Shown here piece after piece: positions 24,704-36,449 of a stretch of DNA of 64,000 bases. This DNA is from Podarcis muralis. Taxonomy: Eukaryota. The stretch lies in assembly GCF_964188315.1 (NCBI RefSeq), contig NC_135657.1:70990001-71054000 (forward strand), read 5' to 3'. How positions within the stretch are numbered: position 1 is the first letter of the stretch; each line of letters begins with the position of its first letter. The notes beneath the pieces were generated by a model. That model did not search any database, was not told where the DNA came from, and saw only the letters and a program-made list of their open reading frames with translations. Made by a program: the position numbers and the translations under genes.

Positions 24704-26095
24704 CTTTCAAGGAGCCAAAATGTCCAACTCCCTGATTCAAAAAAAGATGGTCATTTAACTAATACAGTATGGTAGCAAAAATCTTTTGTGCCCACCTTCC
24801 AGGTGTTCGCCTTGAATTTGTAAACCACTTTAGATGTTTGTGCATCTCTCTCTGAGTGTGGCCACATGGAAGAAGGAACATGCCAATCTGCACCTCTTTG
24901 AATTCAGTCAGCAGCAGTGCTTCCTAGCTGGGCTTCATTTGAAAATGACACATTCATGTTCATGGATATCTCTACTGAGAAGTGGCAGGCAGCATTTCTG
25001 TGTCAATGACAGGCTGTTTCTTCAATATGTCTGCATCTCCAAGGCACATCAGGACCCTCTCTTGTCTTATGTGGCCTTTGACACTTCAATAAACAAATTT
25101 GGCTGTCTAAACACAAGAGAGTTTTATTACACAGAGAATGAAGGGTAAGATTGGAAAAAATGGAGGAGCTCACTGAGGGGAATGAAAAAGGAAGGATTAA
25201 GAATGGACATCTGTTTATAAATATCCATCTTTATACACCTGGTTGAGACGTCTGAGAGTGCTCAGACTTGCTAGGAGTATGATGGTTGTATCCAACACTG
25301 TTGTTCTATTTGTTCAGTCAATTTCCCCCTGCTCTCCTCCTCCCTGCAGCCTGCCCCCCCCCCAGCCTCAAAATCTGTTCCAAGGGGTCTGGGGACCCTC
25401 CAGAGCATATTATGAAGGGCATACAGGGAGAGGAGACAAAGGAGAAGCCTTCTCAGGCAAGTGGAACTCTGCATGTGCAGCACTGGCTACAACCCTATGT
25501 CCCTGCAGGATCAGTTTGGGACCTTAGGAGTAGTCCAATGGGAAGGCAGAGATGTGATGCAGGGAAACAAGGGAGAAAAGCAAGGCCTAAAACTAGACAC
25601 TGCCCAGGCAAAGACACAGAACAAGCTCTGCTGCATTAGGGCCAATGGACTTCAGGGTGTGGGGTTACGCAGGTTCATAGGGAGAAAATTGGGATTGTAA
25701 GTCTCACATCGATCCTGTAAAGCAAATGACTGTTAGGTTCTCCATATTGCAGGATGTGTGACTATGAAGAGTGCAATGAACATTCAGTAAGTTCATGACG
25801 GAAGAAAGATGTGAACTTAGGACATCCTAAATTTGAGCTCGTTGTCTTTGCCACTACCATTCCTAGTGTTCAAACTGCTTTCAGGAGTAAACAGAGAAGG
25901 AATTGACCTTATTATATTTGGCCATGGTTTTTACTCATCACAAGTACAACTCATCCATCTCCATGGAAATAGAGTAGTGTGAATGAGATAAACAAGGCAA
26001 AAGTACAGTTATGATTGGATTGATTCCATCACCAGCAATTATAAAGAGATCTGTACTGTCCTTTTTAATATTGTCATTTTCTCTTGAATAACCAG

Positions 26096-26191
26096 GGCCT
26101 GAGGAAAAGTTTCCCAAACAAGATAGCAGAGCCAAAAGTGCTTCCCTTACTGCAGTTTGCATGGGATGAATATTTACAGGAGAAGAAAAAG
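26096..26191 (+). CDS. PPIL6: PPIL6 exon 2
   Basis: GLRKSFPNKIAEPKVLPLLQFAWDEYLQEKKK; 96 nt. Confidence 0.9.
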
Positions 26192-26195
26192 GTAT

Positions 26196-26258
26196 TTCTT
26201 CTTCTTCTTCTTCTTCTTCTTCTTCTTCTTCTTCTTCTTCTTCTTCTTCTTCTTCTTC
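26196..26258. repeat. (TTC)21 / GAA trinucleotide repeat
   Basis: Pure tract starting at intron position +5 after PPIL6 exon 2. Confidence 0.97.
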
Positions 26259-26570
26259 TCTTATTTCCAAAACAGAGTGGATTGGTTTGATTTTGGTATT
26301 ACAGCAGACACTCTCCTGAAACTTTCAGACTGAATGATTTATTTATTCTCCAGGTTCTGTTCACAACACCTTTTCAGGAAATGAGCCTTTAGTCTGCATT
26401 ATACCAAGCACAGATAAGTGCTTGCGCACACAACAAGTAGGTTCAGTGTCTGGCACCCAGAAACTCATAACACAGGGCAATCTGAAATGCATAACACAGG
26501 GGAGTCTGGCACCCACAGACTAATAGCAATATGATTGTATCCTTTCCCACTGATGGACACTAGTCTAGCC

Positions 26571-26702
26571 CAATAATGGGGAACCTGTGGCCCTACAGAT
26601 GTCATTGTGCTACATCTCCCATTGTCTCTGACCATTGGCCATGCTGGCTGGGGCTAATGGGAGTCCAACAACATCTGGAGGGACACAAGCTTCCCATCCT
26701 TG
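26571..26702. mobile_element. Short hAT-like MITE (family copies at about 30770-30880, 40690-40790, 61081-61223)
   Basis: Shared cagatgt...ctacaactcccatc...ccattggccatgctgg...gggag...acatctggaggg. Confidence 0.7.
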
Positions 26703-27134
26703 CATAGCCTTATATTTGAAATGCCACATCCTTATTCCAAGGAGTTTTGCTGACAGGATTGATGCTCTGCCTTGCTGCTTCACAGGACAAAGTTGAAGTG
26801 TTCCAAATTCTGTCCAAATTGTCCAGGCATTGTGAGGAACATTGAAAGAGGTACATGAGTAATATGGTACAGTACTTCCCTAGTATGAGAACTTAGACGT
26901 TAAGCACTAATCAAGGGCACTGCACTGAACCAGGTGCAAATTACACCATCTGTTCCAAGACATAGACCAGCACTCTGCTTCCTGGAAGTGATGACACCTG
27001 ACTTCGGGAACTTAGGCATGGTACTGCTGATAGAACTGTTGTTCTGTGGGTTTTCTCCCCGTTTGTAAAATCTGCATGTTTAATTTTTCTCTTAAATGCC
27101 TGCTGATTCTGAAACACTGCCATTTTCATCACAG

Positions 27135-27323
27135 GAGTTAAAAGGGGAAACATGGGAATATCCTTCCAACGTGATGTGCTTTATTGATGGCCAGCTTGTT
27201 GGAGATGAAAAACAGCTGTTACAGTGGGCCTATGATGTTTGGGATTATGAGGACTTCAAGCCCGTTGCACTTTATGAAGCAATTACACAGGATTTCCTCA
27301 CTAAATACATGAGAAACAAGCAG
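27135..27323 (+). CDS. PPIL6: PPIL6 exon 3
   Basis: ELKGETWEYPSNVMCFIDGQLVGDEKQLLQWAYDVWD... Confidence 0.93.
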
Positions 27324-28875
27324 GTAGGTTATTGGTTTTCCAAAGGAAATAGGTCTGTGAACAATATCGTACCTTCAAAATGTGTCTTCAGCTAGAGCGT
27401 TTCACTGCTGGTCACCATATTTTAGATTGGCTGTGATCCTGCGTGACTTCATTATTTATTTATTTTTGCCTTATAGTCTCAGTTTGAACAATCCTTTGGA
27501 GGATTAGAAATGTTCTGTGGACTTGCACATGCATGCACCTCATCAACATTTTAAAATTTTTAAATTCACTAACCATAGTTGCTGTCATATCTAAATCAAG
27601 TGGACTTTGCTAAGCACTATTTTCCAAATCATAGTTTGCTAACTCACTTCAAGTCATGGTTTGGAGGTTAGTACTAACCATAATTTGCCTGATTCAGACA
27701 TCACAGCAAACTGGTAAGAAGAAATCGGGAAACAGAAGGGGGAATTGGCATAGAAAACGGAGAGTGCCAGTCTGCCACACATTCCTCATCCTCCAAATCA
27801 TGGTTTGGTGTGTTGTAATGTGATATCTGAACCAGGTCATATGGTATATGACTTTGCTTGCTTGCAATACAGGCAACTCTCAACTTATGCAGGGGTTATG
27901 TTCTGGGGATAGTACATGAAGCCAAAACAGCATGTAGTCAAAACACACTCTCCCTGCATCTTCGAACACTCTTTCCTGGGCACCCTATGTTACCACTTTG
28001 ATGTCCCTGGAAGAAAGGTAGAGTATATAAAACGATTGCTTCGTGGGTCATAACTGGCCATGGCAAGAAAATGCTGTGTCCTTCAACATGAGGGCTCTTT
28101 GCTTACAAAATTCTCATTTCAATTTTTGGGAGAAAACAACATGGCGTTGGAGCTTGTGGAGAAGGCCCACAAGGCCCCATCCTATGGATGGCAGACTAGT
28201 TACTTGAAAGCCAGTTTGCTCATGGATGGAACTTCTCCCTGCCTCCTCACACAAGTTGCACAGCCACAGGGGAGTTTGGGGTATGTTCTATGTATTGGAG
28301 CTGTATCTTCCTGGCAGCAGACGACAGAACCATGAGAGAGGTGTAAAATACTCAAGCAAGAGTTTTATTTACAACCTTACAAACACAAAGCATGTGGGTA
28401 TTCTCTTTTGCAGGCAAATTCAAACTGCAACTTCTCTTCCTTTTGTATTCATCACCAGCTGTACCTAATCAGCCTAGAAAACCACACCTAGAGCACACAG
28501 AAACAGTTTAGTTACAATCATCTCTTTCTGTTTCTTTGCAGAATGACTCCTTACACTATGCTTCCTTAGTTTAAGCCCAAAAGGACTTGCCAGTGGCCTA
28601 AGAAAAGAATGTGCACCCTAAAACACATAGAAACTTCTGCATTGACCCGGAGTTCTTTGGCAGCTTAGCTGATGACAGGATTTCTCAGAAGTAGGAAATT
28701 GGAAAGTGGCAGCTTGAGAGATGCAGAACACATTGGGAGGCTTCTTGCTTATGGGATTCAACCTTTTACTTTCTGAAGCATGACTAATGTTCAAAAGAGA
28801 ATCTTTATCCAATTAGTCACTGTGTTCTATTTTGACAACTGGTTTTGCCTTTTTTTTCTTTATCTTTTTTGGCAG

Positions 28876-28938
28876 CATGTGTTTGTGTACTTTGAAATAT
28901 CTATTCAGGCAGAGCCTAAAGGAAAATTGCTATTTGAG
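28876..28938 (+). CDS. PPIL6: PPIL6 exon 4
   Basis: HVFVYFEISIQAEPKGKLLFE|gtaagt. Confidence 0.92.
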
Positions 28939-29205
28939 GTAAGTGGCTGAAGAAAAATCAGACCTTGGCATTGGATCTAGTGCATAGTATTTTAAAAAGA
29001 CTCAACATTCAACTCCAAGGAACTGCAACTCATTCAAATGAAGCATATATGCATGTGTTAATGTAGTTAATGTAAAGTTAATGTAAAAATGTTACAGGCA
29101 CAATTCTGTATTCTGGATCCAATGCCCAAGAGGCTGTAGGGTTCAATGGAAGCTCTGCTATACCAGCAGATTGTGGGATAAATGGCCACCACTGAAGTAC
29201 ACTGA

Positions 29206-29407
29206 GAGCTGGACCATAAAGAAGGCTGATAGCCAAAGAATTGATGCTTTTGGACAACAGAGGACGAGATGGTTGGACAGTGTTCTCGAAGCTACCAACA
29301 TGAGTTTGACCAAACTGTGGGAGGCAGTGGAAGACAGGAGTGCCTGGCGTGCTCTGGTCCAGGGGGTCACGGAGAGTCGGACACGACTAAACGACTAAAC
29401 AACAACA
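29206..29407 (+). mobile_element. Bov-B (RTE) LINE 3' fragment with internal deletion
   Basis: gagagctggaccataaagaaggctga (ESWTIKKA) joined to gacaacagaggacgagatggttgg...gagtcggacacgactaaacgactaaacaacaac. Confidence 0.88.
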
Positions 29408-30019
29408 ATGAAGTAGAACATTTGGCCACTGCAGCTCTGCTGCCAGAAAATATTGGTCACATCCGGGCAGAGTCATGGGTGCCTCAGTGGAGCACAGTTG
29501 TGCCATTTCCTGGATATTATTATACTCCACTGCTATCGTACAACATAGCACCAGCCCAATACCTAGTGTAAGGAACTTCTCTCCCATTAGAGTTTAGGAT
29601 TGCATCTCAAATGTATTAATTCTTTCTGAATGTCCAGTGTGTTTTTGTGGTATTCCGATCAATTGATTGCTAAAAGCTGAGTGAGTCAAGAAAATGTGGA
29701 GGTGTAATGCATAGCAGGGGCAGAGGCAAGTAGCATCCTAGCAGGCATTCATATTCCTATTGCAAACTATAGGTACAGATACAATTGAGGAGAAGGAGAT
29801 GGCTGTACAGTTAATGCTTTCTGCTGCTGAGCATGAACCAAAATGAGCTGGATGGGTGGGATAGCTGCTCAAAATGGTTGCAATAGGCACAGCCTTATGA
29901 TGCTGCGCTGCTGAACGTTTGTATTCATTTAAGCCTGGAATGGTTAGTAGATAATCAACAGACTAATCAATTAAAAATATTTTGATATACTGAAAATATT
30001 CCCTCATTAGTTGAAAATA

Positions 30020-30286
30020 CAGTGGTGCCTCGCAAGACGAAATTAATCCGTTCCGTGAGTCTCTTCGTCTAGCGGTTTTTTCGTCTTGCGAAGCAACCCT
30101 ATTAGCGGCTTAGCGGATTAGCACTATTAGCGGCTATTAGCGGCTAAAAGGCTATTAGCGGCTATTTTCGTCTTGCGAAGCAAGCCCATAGGGAAAATCG
30201 TCTTGCGAAGCAACTCAAAAACGGAAAACCCTTTCGTCTAGCGGGTTTTCCGTCTTGCGAGGCATTCGTCTTGCGGGGCACCACTG
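30020..30286. mobile_element. Tc1/mariner (Tigger-like) MITE
   Basis: TA-CAGTGGTGCCTCGCAAGACGAA...TTCGTCTTGCGGGGCACCACTG-TA; internal tandem (attagcggct)-like repeats; CpG-rich, so probably young. Confidence 0.92.
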
Positions 30287-30487
30287 TATATTTTATCTTT
30301 CCTCCCCCCCCTCCTTATTTTTATTTTTATACAATAGCAACTTGACAAGTACCATCTTATAAGAGGCATTCCCTCTTTGGAAAATTGTCCAAAGTTGTGG
30401 GGGAGGTCTCTATTGACATGACAAAGGGCCTTCTCTGGGACTGAGCTTGTAGAAACTTAACACATGCTTTCTATCTCCATTGTGCAG

Positions 30488-30635
30488 CTCTATTCTGATA
30501 TCTGTCCCAGGACATGTAAAAACTTCCAGTATTTGTGTTCAGGGGAGAAAAAGAAGTCTATGTCTGGGCTTCCACTCACTTACCGTGATTCTATCTTTCA
30601 CCGACTTGTAAAAAATGGCTGGATACAAGGAGGAG
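30488..30635 (+). CDS. PPIL6: PPIL6 exon 5
   Basis: LYSDICPRTCKNFQYLCSG...IFHRLVKNGWIQGG. Confidence 0.94.
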
Positions 30636-31516
30636 GTGGGTATTGAATCCTGTTTATACAATAAAGACACAATGCAACTTTCCTGTCTTACTTGACATGT
30701 ATAATTGCATTTGCACTCATCAGAGTGCTTTGAGATGATACAAGTATTGATACCAATCTTCCCAATCCCGTGGCTCTCCCAGTGTCATTGGGACTACATT
30801 CTCCTTCATCCTTAACTATTGGCTATGGGGACTGGGGTGATGGGAGATGTCACAACACCTGGAGGGTAACAAGTTGAGGAAGACTGATTTATGCATTCTC
30901 ATTACAAGATAAAAGCCTCCCCCCCCCCCCCGCCACAGCCCTCTCTCTCAAAGGCTTCCAAACAAATCACTCTGGCAATTTGTTCCATAAATGGAGGGCT
31001 TCCTACCAGTGTGGGCTTCCCCATTCACTTGGACTGAGCCAGTTGCTTTGCAAACCCACTCCTTTGTATGCACAGTTTTGGTCCTTCCACTGAAGATAAT
31101 GGAGCCAGTGTGCATGAGAGGATTTGGGTAAGTGTGAAAAACAACGGCCAGGCATTGATTACCTGTCATGCTGCTATTTCTCAGCCAAAAACCCAACTAT
31201 TTGACAATATTTTAAGAGAAAATAGGGAATTAAGTGGGAAGAAACATAATCATATTGAGGGTGTTGTGCAGATTTCATTGTATGGGAGCCTTTGGGGCAG
31301 ATAGAACCAAACCTAAAAATAGTGTCAATTCAACACAAACTTGCATGAGTGTAGAGATCTCTGGTGAAAGCAGTCATTAATCATGCTGTTTGCCACTCCT
31401 ATCAGATAGTGTCATGAAATTATATTTAATAAGGTGACATTTGGAAGTTTCATGCTCTTTTTTCTAATACAGAAAAGGTAATTTCATAACCTTAGTTTTT
31501 CTCAACTAATATACAG

Positions 31517-31573
31517 ACATAAGGGGAGGAAGAGGGACTGGAGGCGAGTCAATTTATGGACCTTTTTTTGAAG
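31517..31573 (+). CDS. PPIL6: PPIL6 exon 6
   Basis: DIRGGRGTGGESIYGPFFE; 57 nt. Confidence 0.92.
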
Positions 31574-32469
31574 GTAGGAGCATGTTCCTCAATTGTCCTG
31601 GTGACAACAACTAGGAGGCATAATCTATGCTCAATATATTGTCTGAATACAAAATGTACAAGCATAATAGACAATGGGATTCAATTAAGCACAAAATGCA
31701 TGTTTTTCAAATACCTGCTGGAAATTAGTTAAATTGACTGAGTGATTTTCTACATGAGGTTTAAAGTGGTTTTTGCTTCCATCAGATGTGTAGTGCAGAT
31801 GCAAAAACTACATTAACAAGAATGTCAGCTTGCATTACAAGTCCTCACTTTCTCTTCCTCACAATGATCAGATGTTTGTGTGCAGAAGATACTCAAAGGC
31901 AGCATAAGGCTCATGTGTAAAAAGGCCTGTTGTATTTTGATCGCTGGCAATTTATCATTTTGGCAACCATATGCCTGTAAAATCCAAACTAGAATGAGTG
32001 TGAGGAAATGAATAGCTGCAAATTTAAGTGAACTTGTAGATATGCTGCTGAACAGAGTGAAACTTAATCCTGGAGAAAGTGTTTAGCAAAAGACTGAATA
32101 ATATTTTTTTTATGGTCAATGCAGAAATGCTGTTAAAAGTGGCACATTCTTTCTCTGAGGGCGTGTTGTGATTTTTCTTGCCCCACTCTACAACACTGGT
32201 TGCCACTGAGCGTGGAATCAGATAAACTTGCAACATAATAGAATAAGGCTTGGTACGTATTATGGGGATGTGGGAAGAAACCTGACATGGATATTGGTTG
32301 GGACAGGTTATGCACACTATGCAGCTCTAACTTTTACACCTAAAAAGTTCATAACTATTTCAGGTTGTTCAGCTGATAGCTTAGTGCGCACTGGGGCAAA
32401 TGGGTGAGGAAGATGGAAGATGTGAATGAGTAGAAAGAACACTGCCACCATTTATAAACTGTTTCCTAG

Positions 32470-32605
32470 ATGAAAGTTTTGCAGTTCTCCATGACAAGAG
32501 AGGTGTTCTGGGAATGGCTAACAAAGGACGCCACAGCAATGCATCTCAGTTCTACATCACACTACAGCCAGCACCCTACTTGAATGAGAAATATGTGGCT
32601 TTTGG
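32470..32605 (+). CDS. PPIL6: PPIL6 exon 7
   Basis: DESFAVLHDKRGVLGMANKGRHSNASQFYITLQPAPYLNEKYVAF. Confidence 0.94.
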
Positions 32606-32788
32606 GTATGTTTAAGAGCTCTGCAGTATATCTCAAGAGCAATGTTGGAGTTAAAATATGGAGGAGGCAGTACTGCTTAATTGGCTAGATGCAGTATCTA
32701 TATTGGTACAGCATGACAGCAGTGACTAGACTTGAAAATAATTGGAATAGCTTCCTAGTACTTACCTAGCTTTCCCCCTCTACTTTAG

Positions 32789-32900
32789 ACAGCTGATCGA
32801 GGGCTCAGAAGTTCTCCGGGAACTGGAAGCAGTGGAAACATTCAACGAGAGGCCAGTTGTAGAATGTAAAATTGTTAACTGTGGAGTATTTCAGCCATAG
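32789..32900 (+). CDS. PPIL6: PPIL6 exon 8 (last)
   Basis: QLIEGSEVLRELEAVETFNERPVVECKIVNCGVFQP*. Confidence 0.93.
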
Positions 32901-34691
32901 CCATGGATGTTAGATATATTTTGTTTTACTGTAATGCATGACAGTGTTGTTTTCTGAACATAGGATTTACTTCTGTTAATTTTTTTGAGGGGGTTAAATA
33001 TAAAAGCATTTTTTTTCACTTTGAAAAAAGAAAAGAAAAACATGTTGTCTCCTTTTCCATGGCAAATAGTTTCAACTACAGGATCTTGGGAACCTAATGT
33101 AATGTATTAATGTGACCACTATGCAGGGAGCTCTCTTAAGTGCACCCAGGGAGCTGCATATGTGCATCAGGACTCCATCTTGTTTTCTTTAAGCAACAGC
33201 CTCCCAGTTTACACCTCCCAGTTTACACCTCCCAGTGTATGGACCATACACTGCTTGTGAAACACTTCTCAAAAGCTAGAACTACGATTCCTAGTACCCT
33301 CAACAAACTACAGTTCCCAGGATTCACTGGGGTAAGCCATGCACTTTAAATGTATGGAGGGGGGAGTAACAATTTATTGGCCAATCAGAAGGTCAGCAAA
33401 TTCTGTTTAGCTTTTCCACCTTAAATTTATAGGTTTCATTTGCCCTTAAAATTCAGTTTTCTGGGCTGAACGTTTGACCATCCTTGTCAGAACAATCTAA
33501 AACAAAACAAAAAAATACCTTTGTAACCAAAACCAACACAAAACTGCTGAAACAGTTCCATTCCGTTATAGGCTGCATGCCTAGTGAGCAACATAATGCT
33601 GCAAATTTTGAATGCAACTCGGATCCTTCCAGAGTGTGATTGTAGCTCAGGCTGTCTGTTGCCATTCTTAAGCTTTGTTTCTTATTCCCCACCCCCTTTT
33701 TTTGCCTTGTTTAAATTAAACCCTTCGGAAAAACACAGGACAATAGTAATTATTCAACTGAAATAGTAAGACTGGGTGAATTGTGACATCTGACCTGTGA
33801 TATGGCTAATGAATGAGGGAGCCAGTATGCATAAAGGTGAACATAGATTAAAGAAAGGATCTGCAGTGGTTAGTCCTATGATCTGTTATAGCTGACAAAA
33901 GAAACTGTTCACCATGTTTGCTGAAGGCTAACTGCCTGATTTATAGCCCAGTTAAGAGTACGGGTTTTATGCATTCTGTGGCAAAACACTTGATCAGGTT
34001 GGTCTCGTGATACAATTTGATAAAACAGAGGGCAAAATAACAGAGAGACTGAGAAACCATACTAAATGAGTGTGATATAATGGAGTGTAGAATACTGAAA
34101 GATTAAATTGAGATTCTGAAAACAGTGATTTCTACAGACTGCGCTGCCCAGAAAAATTATGCCAGCACACAGCAGCTTAGACTCCCCATATCTGAAGGGC
34201 ACTTCATATCCAAAGGAGGGGGGTGCGGGGTAGCACTATCGCTGCTCAGTAACGTATTTAACTCTTGGTGGGTGGATAGCTATCAAGCTATGAGATATGA
34301 CACTGAGTCAGACCATTGGTCTATTTTGCTAGGTATTGTCTGTCTGGGAGGCAGGCTTTTTTTCTCAGCTCAGCAAGCACTGAGGACAAGCCAGGGACCA
34401 TACCGGGAAACTTTATGGAAAATGTGTTCTCTCCCACTGACATTTTCCCAGTCAAAATTCACCTCCCAAGCTGTTTTCTCTCTGCATCTTTTCCCTCATA
34501 AGGAAGCAAGCAACTGGGCCAGGAAAAATAGCTGAGTGGGAACGGAGCAGGCCTGCCTAAAGGCCCTGCTGGTTTTGTACTCATGACTGCAGGTTCCTGT
34601 GACTGCTTTTCTTTTAAAATAAAATGCCGGGACAAAATTGCATACTACTCTGCATCCTGCACAGTTTGGCTAAATTTATAATGGATGCTTT

Positions 34692-34762
34692 AGTTGAGAT
34701 TACTGCATTGCAGGGGGTTGGACTAGATGACCCTCTGGGCCCCTTACAATTCTACAATTCTA
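34692..34762 (+). mobile_element. CR1 LINE 3' end
   Basis: gggttggactagatgaccct...ttctacaattcta, the canonical CR1 terminus. Confidence 0.8.
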
Positions 34763-36449
34763 ATATACTAATGCATGACTTTTCCACTGGTTGACTGCAT
34801 TATATAGACAAACATATTTCGCGTGAGATTTGGAAGGCTTCTTCAGCCAGCTCCTTATACTGAGGGGATCCAGCTAGTGTTTACTGTTATGTGTCTGAGC
34901 TTCAGATTCCCACACCATCCATCTTCTCCTCTGGCATTGCAGTGAGGAGGCTGGAAGCTTTTGTTTCTGAAAGTAATTAACTACACTACAGTTTAACCTT
35001 AATAACTTCAGTTGATCATTCATTCTATCATGATCTCTATTTGGGACTTATAACAATTATGTATACCCCATCCAGTTTCTGTAAGGCACAAGAAAGTTTA
35101 AATACAGTCAGAACATGGTAAGAAAGAGACATCAATTGCGCTCTGTTTCTCATTTGTATTTCACTGACATAATTTTGGGAGCCAGAGTGTCTTAGCTGGC
35201 TCATCTACAGACTTTGAAAGAGGTTGAAAAGGCACTGTATTTTTTTTACTCCAGTTGACATTTTAAGGGAATTTTTGATGCTAAAGCTATCAGAAAGATT
35301 CATAAAATATTCTCCTAGGAAGTGACTGTGTGTCCTTTTATTCAGTAAATGGCTGTCCCTAAGAAAAATGGTTAAACAGTAATTGGTATTGTCTTTCTTC
35401 AGTCAGCTGAAATGAAACAGATGCATACTTAATAAGAGGCTTACTGCATATATTTTTCTGGTGCAAGCTATAATGTTCTTGGCCATTCTCTTTCTTTGGC
35501 TGTGCATCCTGTGTTTGTAATGGGGATCCATTTAACAAAGAATGACAAGAATCCTCTCTCATTTTCCAGTGTTTTATCACAACAGTCCTGTGGGTGAAGG
35601 CCACATTAAACGCAGCCTTGAAGGAACAGGAGGTACAAGTGCAGCATTCTTCTTGTCACTTCACATCTCCATGTTGTCTGACAATTTTATTTATCTGGAC
35701 ATTTAGAACCTTCCTTTCTGTGAGGAAATCAAGTAGGTTCATTGCACAAGACCTATTAAGTTATTTCACAATTTGAATTTTCCAGTATGTGACTGAATCC
35801 CACCTGAAAATAGTGAGTGTAGAAGCACCCCAAATTTCATACTTGCACCTTTCAGAAGATTAGTAGTAGTGAGCTGTGCACAAGCTGTTTACTTCTCTGC
35901 TATTACTGATACTCTCATTGAGGAATGTCAGTATTCCTGGAACACTATTTGCAAGCTGCTCTGTAGGTCAATTTCCACCTAAAAAGAATAATCTGCCAGG
36001 AAAGTGGTGCTGTAACTGGAATCGACATTCTTTCTATCACCCTCTTACAATTTTAAGTGCATACACAGCCTTTCTGTACACCGTTGTCCCTGGCCTTGTA
36101 TCTGGACTGAAGTTTTGCTTCAGTCACACAGAGTTAATTTAAGATGTTTTGCTGCCCTAAGCAGATGAACTGCATGGTCCAATTGGTGTGACCAGGGCTT
36201 CTTGGTAATGTCGCACAGGATCCTGGCCGTCATGTGTGGCCACCTGGAGCAGACCAAGCCTTGTGCCTCGATATCCTCTGCATATAAGCATTGCAGTACT
36301 GTATTACAAAGCGTGCACCTATATGCAACACCAGAGAAGCTGCTTGGTTTCTTAGTCTGCCCAGTCAGCTCTCCTGTTGACTTCAAGTCCTCTGGCAGTC
36401 ATTATCCCTCACCCTTGGTTGTTAGTCCGTTTTTAACGAGATATTTTAC

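Larger units (their letters stand above)
23762..32900 (+). other. PPIL6: Gene model: peptidyl-prolyl isomerase-like 6 (cyclophilin family), 300 aa
   Basis: join(23762-23863,26096-26191,27135-27323,28876-28938,30488-30635,31517-31573,32470-32605,32789-32900) = 903 nt, in phase. Cyclophilin motifs CPRTCKNF, FHRLVKNGWIQGGD, GESIYG, GVLGMANKG, SQFYIT, KYVAFG. Confidence 0.94.

Noticed and set aside
25938-26270. Minus-strand ORF with a poly-Glu run
   Set aside because: It is simply the (GAA)n microsatellite read antisense to PPIL6.
30100-30165. Short tandem repeats (attagcggct) as a CRISPR-like array
   Set aside because: No unique spacers, a vertebrate context, and it is internal to a Tigger-like MITE.
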